64,000 bases of DNA, taken from contig NMRA01000419.1 in the NCBI GenBank assembly GCA_002633005.1, positions 138,083 to 202,082 of the forward strand, read 5' to 3'. The notes below the pieces were generated by a model that was not told the origin of the DNA, made no database searches, and saw only the letters and a program-made list of their open reading frames with translations. The first letter of the stretch is position 1. The number at the start of each line of letters is the position of its first letter. Origin of the DNA: Phoronis australis (Eukaryota; Animalia; Phoronida). Position numbers and translations under genes: made by a program. Shown here in pieces: positions 51,201-61,300 of this stretch.

Positions 51201-54200
51201 ACGAACAAAAAGAAGGTACTTACCAGTGTCAATAACCAAAGTACAAAGAATGCCACCAGACCCGACAAGCCACTGCCAATCAGAAAGTAATGCAGGAATG
51301 TATCCATACGCACATAGGATGGTGTCTTGCCTTCAGATACAAGTTGCTTCTCATCATGGTCATTCTAACAACAAAAAACTTACATATAGTGAGCGATTCA
51401 TTAAGACAAAACACAAGAATATTATGTTCTACACAGAACATGGAACAGTTCCAAAATTGAATTGAAATGTTATGCTGCAAGGACATGAATCACATTTGGC
51501 TGGCAGAAGAAAACGGCAGTGTGCTAAGATATGTTCCAACAATGAATTCACAATTCCATAAGAAAAGATAGAAAAACCTCCCCAAACAGGTAGTTTAGCG
51601 GTGCATCTGTAATACTAAGACTAAGAAATTTTTATTTTGCAGCAAAATTACAGGATGGAAGATAGCTTGTTAATTAACACAGGTATAATACCTCTGGGTC
51701 CTTAATTAACACAGGTATAATACCTCTGGATCCTTAATCTCAAGTGTGATATCTTGTAATGATTCCATAGAAGTGTGATTGGAATAGTCCAGCCTCTTTT
51801 TGGCCCTGGTCACCACACTGGGCATAGCAGGGACTTTACTGGTGGATGGGGGCCTCACTGGGGTTACTGATGAACTGTGTGCCTTCTCATAATCCATGAG
51901 CAAGTTACTGAGGTCCTCGTATGTACCTGTGGAATCTATAGTACCCTACAACACACAGATAGCTATAGTACCCTATAACACACAGATGGAGAGGTGATGC
52001 TACAGTACACTCAATTAAACAATGTTTCAAATACAATCAACTAAAAACTGACACAAAATATGTACAATCTCGAGTTTGTTGCGTTCGAGCACAAGCACCC
52101 GAATCTCCCAATGATTCAACCATTATAAGAACCAACAGTTTTACAAATGTTGTTGCTGGCGGTGGATACAAAGAACAGATTCATTCAAGGGCCTGCGCGT
52201 CATTACAAACATCTGTTGAGAGATTATTTCTGATGAGAGCGCTTTTCAAATGCAGAACTTCGGCTGTTATTGCCATAGCATTTTAGCTTGTGTTCTTTCC
52301 ACAAATCCTCATCATAAATGCTTGAAAAACAATGCCTTGAAATTGTTGCTCTCAATGCAGGGCCAGAACTGTATCAGATAAAAACATGTATATGACGCTA
52401 TTGTACACAAGCATTCTACTATGCACAATTCAACCGAAACTACACTGTAAGTAGTACGAGGTAAACTTTAATCTCAATTTGAAGACATGCTTTGTAGTTG
52501 GTCACGGTTGATTTATGTAGGGCCTTGACCACATGACTCCGGAAACTTTTGAAAATGCACACTTAATTTATTAACACAGATACACTTTCTGTCCAAATAT
52601 ACATGAACAGTGTACATGAACAGTGTACATGAACAGTGTACATGAACAGTGTACATGAACAGTGTACATGAACAGTGTACATGAACAGTGTACATGTTTA
52701 ATGTAGGTACTAAATGCATCAACTAATAAAACTCTGGTTAACTTTCAAAACTGTCCTCAATAGTGGAGTTTTTAAAAAGCCGAATTCACGGCATTCATGT
52801 CGTAAGATGACAATACTTTGTACACACAGTTATTGCGCTTTTGTGAACATGCCAAAAAGCAGTCGTACAGTTAAAAAAAATAGCTGGGTTTTCAAAGTGA
52901 AAATGGCATTGTATTGACCGGGACACATCCAATATAACTGAACTCGTTACTGTCACGAGTCAAAGATCGAAAGTGAAAAAAACTTTCACGTCTTGTTATT
53001 CAAAATTGGTTGCGCTGTCCATAATCCCAAAATGTTCAGTTACCGCTTTCCTTCAACCTTCAAATTAGTTGTGTTGTACAACCGAGTGAACTCGTGTAAC
53101 AGTGACACATTAAAACTACTAGGTAAATTTATTTCACCCTGTGCAGAGACCAACATGCATCAGCACCCAATGTGACAATAGCCTGACAACCTATTACACA
53201 ACTGAGACTCTAGCCTAAAAATAGTAGCCAACCACTTTAAAATTGGGTCAACTGATGGCCAGTCAGCAGTCAAGAGTCGACTGAGGGGTGGCCTTATGAT
53301 TCGGCAGTGCAGTCGGCTACAAAATTAGCAAAACAGCCGACCAGTCGTCAACTCTTAGCCGATCCGTCGGACAAAAAATTTGTGATGTGTGCCGTAGATA
53401 ATAATGAGGAGTGAAATGCTATATGAAGTGCAATCAGTAGTTATAAAGAAAATTATACTGAATGCTATGACTAATATATTAAAGGCATTACTTTCTAAAA
53501 TCAAAAGCTCTAACTGTGAATAATGTACTTACATCCTTCATGACAAGAATTTGGTCAGCTGACTTCATAAAGTTCAGACGGTCAGTGACAATAAAGACAG
53601 TTTTGTTCTTTAGTACTGTGCATATACACCTGCAACAATAAAATAGTCAAGTTAATTTAATACAAGGCGGAACATGGAACTGTGAAACAATGCAAGAAAG
53701 ACAATTTTGGGTTATTTTTGAATATTGAGTATTTTTTCAGTGAGATTAGAGAAGTACTTTTTTCTGAGAAATTAAACACTTACCATCAAATATGTCAGTT
53801 GATGTCTCTGTTTCAGGTCTTATCATCAGTGTAAAAGAAACAACAATAGCCTCCTCTATTAAATTCATTTTTGGATGTGTGGTATTCAAAGACTATGTTA
53901 AATTATGTGGTAAAAACATTCATTTGTCATTTCAGTAACAAATATTGAATGACTCACAGTTAACACAAATTGTGACTTCACTTCCTCCAAGCTAAACAAG
54001 TCATATAACTCGACATCCCAGTATGGTTTTGGCATACCTCATGAATATTTCAGTGGCTGTTTTATTATCAACATCCACCAGAGGGCAGTCCAGTAGGTAG
54101 ATGTCTGCATCATGATACACAGCACGAGCCAGGTGGACACGTGACTTCTGGCTATCAGACATGGAGATCCCTTTGTCTCCAATTTCTGTCAAATCTGAGT

Positions 54201-57200
54201 AGGGCAGCGACTCCAAGTCCTGTAAATGTCATGTAACGAACTGAAACGTACACTTCTGCGAAACATGCAAAAAAGTGGATTTTGCGTCGTCCATTAGTCC
54301 CAATACACTAGCCAATAGCCATTAGTCCCAATACACTAGCCAATAGCCATTAGTCCCAATACACTAGTCAATAGACATTAGTCCCAATACACTAGCCAAT
54401 AGCCATTAGTCCCAATACACTAGCCAATAGCCATTAGTCCCAATACACTAGCCAACAGCCATTAGTCCCAATACACTAGCCAATAGCCATTTTCCATGAG
54501 ATCAGAATAAGCGAGACAGTAGTCAAATGAACCAAAAATTACATTAAAAAATATCTGTTACTTAACGCAAAACTTCGCTTTAATTTAAGAGTGTCTTACT
54601 TAACAACTAAGTCAAGGTCAGTTTGCAGGTAATATCTTATTATTTTTTAATGCACACAACAGGCACAAAGCCAGCTCTTGAAAAGTGTACAACATGTGCA
54701 AGCAGAAGGTACCTTGACAAGACAGCAGGCATTCAATATCCTGTTGTACCGCTGCCTGTCCAGTTTAGCACCAAACAGAATGTTGTCTCGTAGGCTTCCC
54801 GAGAACACCCAGGGTTGGGCAGCAGCATAACTCACATGACCTTTGACACGCAAGAATCCGCTTACACGTGGTATTTCATTCAACATAGTCATCAGCAGGG
54901 AAGACTGAAAATGGAAATTTGAAGTCATGAACAAAAAGGTTCTGATAAACACACCAAAAAGAAGGAACAAAGCGTGATACCTTGTCAAAGTCAAACAAAA
55001 ATGCGCTTCGCATTGACACTTTTTGCATTGGTTGAAGTTCAAGAGTGAAAGACAATTATCAAACACTTCTATATAAATTAAGGACTGGTATGAAGCATTG
55101 TCAACGGTCACTTCCCCAGTGACAATTGGGATGAGTTTACCTGTCTGTCGGGATGCGGACGTAGTCTTGTGGGTTATGTATTATTATCTACTCAACTATT
55201 TGATTTAGTAGAGGATTTTGTTGTGGATGAATGGGATGAATCTGATCATCTACCAGTTATTTGTAAGTTTAGGTGTTGTAGGTCAGAGATCAATCCTCCT
55301 AAGGTTCCATTGTTACAACCGCATAGCCGGATTCAGTGGGAGAGCTCTAATGCACAGGCATTCTCTCAGGTTTTTTCAACAGGTGCTAAGAATTGTAGGG
55401 AGACTGTGGATAGCTCGGTTGCTAGTGGCAATCTAGATAATGCAGTCAGATCCATAACAGATTTGTGGTGGCAGTCAGCCGTATCAAGCATGAAAACTCG
55501 TACATCTACAAATAGTCAGACTAAAGTAAATCGAAACTCGGCGACAAAGCAGCCACCCTGGTGGGATGATGAATTGGCTTCGGCCAAACGAGCAAAAATA
55601 TGGTCTTTAAAACTGTTTCGTAAAAACTCTTCTGTCCTTTACGTTAATACGTATAAAGTAAAAAAGATCATGCTTTCTGTGATTTGTTTAAACAGAAAGA
55701 GAAAGCATATGAAGCCCAACTTACTGAAGCCATTTAACGTTCCAAAAATAACCCTAGGAGTTCTGGCAAATAATTAAATCCAACAATCAGACATCCCGTA
55801 TGTCTGTTACAATTAGTTCACAGAAATGGCACGACTATTTCAAGGATTTATTGAACCAAAACTGATCTATTGACGAGTCTTTGAGTGAATTTGCCACGCA
55901 CGATATGATTGAACATGATAGTTCTAGTGAAAAGTGTACTAACAATTACCGATCTGATCTTAACACTGATTTTTTGCCTTCTGAAAGATATGAGGCCATT
56001 GAACAGTTGCCTAATGGCAAGGCTGGGGGTTATGATGGTGTGATTTTTGAAATGCTGAAGTGCACTGAGGTAATGACAGTGCCAGTCTTGCGTAAGTAAC
56101 TTAATGCATTTTTTGATTCTGGGTATTATCCCCAGACTTGGTGTGACACAGTGCTTACTCCAGTACATAAACTAGGTTTAATATCAACAACGATTCCCTG
56201 TTGTCTGCTTTAGGAAAACTTTTTACCGAACTTTTAAATAATCGTCTTTATTACTGGGCTGAAAATACTGTGATAAAACTTTATGAGTCTCAAGCTGTGT
56301 TTAGAAAAGGCTACTCTACGATTGACCAAGTGTTTACACTTCAAGCTATGTGCCACAAGTATTTGAGTTGGCAGGGTGGGAGATTTTACTGTGCCTTTGT
56401 AGATTTCTCGAAGGCATTCGATCGAATCCCACATAATTTTCTCTCCATAGACTGAAAAACATTCATGGGCATGGTAAAATTTTCAACATAATCCCCTCTA
56501 TGTATAGTAAATTGCGCATTTGTGTGAAAACTCAAGAAGGTCTTACAGAGTTCTTTCATTGTACTGCTGGGTTGCATGATCAGCCCATTATTATTTGTGT
56601 TGCATCTAAATGAATTTCTGGATCAACTGAGTGCAAAAAGTAATATTAATACCACATACCTCAGCAAACAATTGCCAAGAGTCAACTCCCTGCTGTACGC
56701 AGATGACATGGTGTTATGTTCCTCTGCCGCCATCAACTTACAACATATGCTAAACTGTTTGGCAGAATTTTGCGAATCATGGGGCATGCAAGTAAACTTG
56801 AAGAAAACTAAACCGGTTGTTTTCAGAAATGGCGGTCCCCTTAGATGATATGAGAATTCGTTTTACAATGGTTAATGTGGTGTCTCATTACAAACACCTT
56901 GGACTACTTATTACTCCAAAAATTTCGTGGACCAAAGTCATTAAAGCCTTATCTAGTCAAGCAAATAAAGCTGCCTCTGCAATTTGTAAATTTAAGCGAA
57001 GATGTCGTGATCTACCCCCGTTAATAGCCTTTCACCTGTTCAATAAAATGGTTTACCCCTCTCTGTGTTACGGCGCTGAGATATGGGGCTTTAAGGAATA
57101 TGAACAATTCGAAAATGTACATATCAAGTTTTGTAAACGCATTTTGGGAGTAGACAGTTGTAGTTCTAACTCAGCAATTATGGGAGAATGTGGTCGATTC

Positions 57201-58327
57201 CCATTGATTAATAAATATTTTGTATTCTGAATAAAATGCTGGTTCAAAATATTGGAGATGCCTGGTAATCGTGGGGAAAAGACAAGTTTTGTAAGTAAAC
57301 TTCTGTCTGTGCATGGTTTTTCAGATGTATGGATTAATCAGGTGTGGTAAACCAAGCGTATTTCTTGACAATTTTTTTCTCAACATGTCAACGACTGTTA
57401 TTTGCAAGGATGGTAATCTGATATCGAATGTAACGCAATACTGCCTTACAATGTGAGGTATAAAACAATGTATTGTCTTGAGAATTATCTAGAAATAATT
57501 AGTATCCCACGTGTTTTTATCCAGTCTCTGACTCGATTGCGATGTTCAAATCATTTGTTACTAGTGGAAAGAGGTCGCCACACAAATATTCCCTATGAAA
57601 ATAAGTTGTGTGCATTATGTAATTCGGTATGTGTAGAGAACGAATCATTATTCTCATTCTCCCACAACGGATATCCTACTTCTAAAATTCGTCCATCATA
57701 CTCTCAAGCGTCACAATTTATTATCCCATTTGTAACGCACCTGACAATGTGCTGTCTTGTACATGTTATACTTTGGGCCTATGGCCATGTGTATATATTT
57801 CAATAAATTACTAAAAATGAAGTTAGTACATTAGTATACATTGCATAGCATTAACTTACCAGGTCTTGCATAACGGTAAGCTTAGCTGATCTCCAAAATA
57901 TCACTCACCTTTCCTGACTCACTAGGACCCACAATACCAATGAGCTGACCTTTCTCTACTGTTAGACTTATATTGCACACTGCAAAGCTTGTATTATGCT
58001 GAAAAAACGAAACAAGTCGTTCAAATCCAACACCTCCAGAAAACTAGTGAGATGAAATGAGATACACAGGTCATGTTCATTGATAGAGTGTTTAAAACAC
58101 TAGATCTACAAAGCAGAGCTTTCAGTCTCACTTCTTGAGAACCTTATCAGAGTTTATTATCAATCAACACAGGCAACCTTTGAACATCCAACCTCGTCTT
58201 AATAAGGATGGGTAATTAAGACAGCCTGCAGATCCTGACATATATATATGTATATGTATAATATGTAGATGTATATGTATATGTATAATATGTATATGTA
58301 TATGTATAATATGTATATGTATATGTA

Positions 58328-58365
<38 letters not shown>

Positions 58366-61300
58366 TGTTAATGCTAAATGTCTATTAGTGTGACAATAGC
58401 AACAACACGAATGTCATCAGCAATGCTTTTAAGGTCTCAATTGACCTATCACCAGGATTTTGAGTGACGGCAAACTGACCAATCACAACGCACATTCTTG
58501 ACACACCGTCGTTTCCAAGCCGCCAATTTACCAGACAAGCAACATGTTGCCGGGTAAAACTTATTGTTTGTTTATCTACATTGCGCAAGGGACAGAGCTT
58601 GCAATAGGTCAATTATGAACAGGTAAAGCTGACCCAAAGGGAGGCTAATGAAGAATTAGTCCTCTTTTTATCATCTGCAGTGACTGAAAACTCAAAGTTG
58701 TTCACCCAAATGAGGCTCAAATGAATATCTGAATGCATGTGTTTATACAGGTCAGACTATTGCCTCGCAAGCGCCACCTGTTGAATCTTAAGTACTATGG
58801 AAAACACCATATGGAGCTGCAATACTTACCCTTTTCCAATTAGCAGTGTAATCCTGGTACTGTATAACTGTATCACCATTCAAGCTTGAGGCAGAGTCAT
58901 AGCCATTCTGTGACCTTTCTTCAGCCATTAAAAATTTCTGCAATGAAAATTGAATTTAGATCGAGACATTGTTTCACTTGAAATAGTACCTGCCCTTGCA
59001 TCAGAGAGCCACAGGCTGTGTTCAGCTATCATAAAGACATATTCCACTGCAAGCTAAGTTTGTACAGGGCTCGACGCTTAGATAAATGCCAAGTCACATT
59101 TGGCAATCTGGCAAAAATTCCAGGTTGCCAAACGAAATCTGAGATTTGCTAAAACTAGAGGCGCCTAAATCGATTCCCAGGTTTCTTATCCGGGTGCATT
59201 AACGAAAAAAAGTCAGACGGCCTTAGTGCCACCCAATTTCCTCATGAATGCCTAAATGTAGGCGTACCTTCATTCTCTAACTCAATTCCTCCAGCTGGCA
59301 GACAAACATAGAATGCAGACGACCACATGGGCTAGTGGCACAAATTTCGCTATCTTGCCTGATTTCCAACTTCTGTCTGTTTACTTCCTTTTGTAATTTA
59401 AATGAGGCGGAAAATGTGCAGATTTCACGAAATAAACAAATTGCGAATCAAAAGTAACAAATCTTGGAAAAAAGCTATTTAATTTTAAGTTTAGAAGCCA
59501 ATATGAACTTAGAAACAAATTGAGAGGGAATTATTTCTGATTTAAAAACTCGCAATGGCGACTTTGTGGCGACTTGGAATCTGAGCATTGATGTATATTT
59601 AAAAAGATAGGGTTGCAATAGGATACTTACTACCTGAACAACACAGCTATTACTCTCAAAAAACAAGTTGAAGAAATCTTTTCATGTAAAAAGTGGTAAA
59701 ATATTTGGCTAATCATCAGAAGTTTCAGTATTATTTTTTATATATTTACTTCCGGATTTTGCCGTAAGTACAACGAATCTGAACAAGCTTTGAGAAAATT
59801 TTTTGAAAATATCCACATACAGTGTTACCATGTAGATAGTTTGTTTTTCTCTAATAACGCACTTAATTATAACTATAATTGTTACAAAGTACAGTCTAAA
59901 AAACCAATAAAGTATGCAATATTTTCAACTTCAGGCTATCATTGTTGTACCAACCTGTATTTTGTCTATTGCCTCCATTGCCTCTGAGCCATACTGTATT
60001 CCCAGTGGGACCATCATTCCAATACTGAGCCTGAGTACCTCAAACACTAGTAGACTCACAAACACAGCCTTGGCAGTGAGAGGGTTACCAAGGAGAACAT
60101 AGACGAGGAATGTGCCAAATGTCACCAGTTTACCATAGATGAAGTAAAACGACAGACTAAACCCCTTGAAAAAGACAGCCCTTTTTATGATATCTGTCTC
60201 TCGCCTGAAATCAGAACATCAATAAATTAGAATTTCAGCCAAAATACACAAACATGGGAATACAAAAAAGTCATAATAAATTTTGAAGCAAATTATTAGA
60301 AGTACAAACAAAAACTGACATAGAGCGTTGCTTAATTACAACATGTGTCGAGAAGTACACAGGATTCAATTATCAACGAAAGTAATTTTTTTAAAACAGT
60401 AATTTTTTTATATTTTCTTAATTAGAAGTAGACCAACTCCCCTGTTGGTCCACTTACTGTCTATACTAGCCAACCAACTCCCCCTGTTGGTCCACTTACT
60501 GTCTGTACTTGGATATGACATGTCCAAATGGCTTTTCCCAACAGAACATCTTGATCACTCTCATGCCATGTACAATTTCATTCATCACACGTAGTCGCTT
60601 ATCAGTGATACCTGTAGCCTTGTTCCTATAAAAGTGTCATTAAGAAGATGATATGAAATTAGACCAGATTGTTACTCAAGCTAACCTTTTGCAGTAAGTT
60701 AGATTAAGACGCAACTATTTTGTGTAAATCTCAAAACTTCTTCAACGACTAAATCCAATATTTGAATACAGTACCCTACCTACACTTCATATAATATGGT
60801 ATACTCACGACACTCATACTCACGACACTCATACTCACGACACTCATACTCACGACACTCATACTCACGACACTCATACTCACGACACTCATACTCACGA
60901 CACTCATACTCACGACACTCATACTCACGACACTCATACTCACGACACTCATACTCANNNNNNNNNNNNNNNNNNNNNNNNNNNNNNNNNNNNNNNNNNN
61001 NNNNNNNNNNNNNNNNNNNNNNNNNNNNNNNNNNNNNNNNNNNNNNNNNNNNNNNNNNNNNNNNNNNNNNNNNNNNNNNNNNNNNNNNNNNNNNNNNNNN
61101 NNNNNNNNNNNNNNNNNNNNNNNNNNNNNNNNNNNNNNNNNNNNNNNNNNNNNNNNNNNNNNNNNNNNNNNNNNNNGACAGGTACATTTTGCACTCATTC
61201 TCATTCTTTCTGTCACTTCTATCAGATGATGTGATATACTATTTTTGACCTTCTACCTGAAGCCACCAACAGCTCAGCACAAATACATGATCCCACCTAA

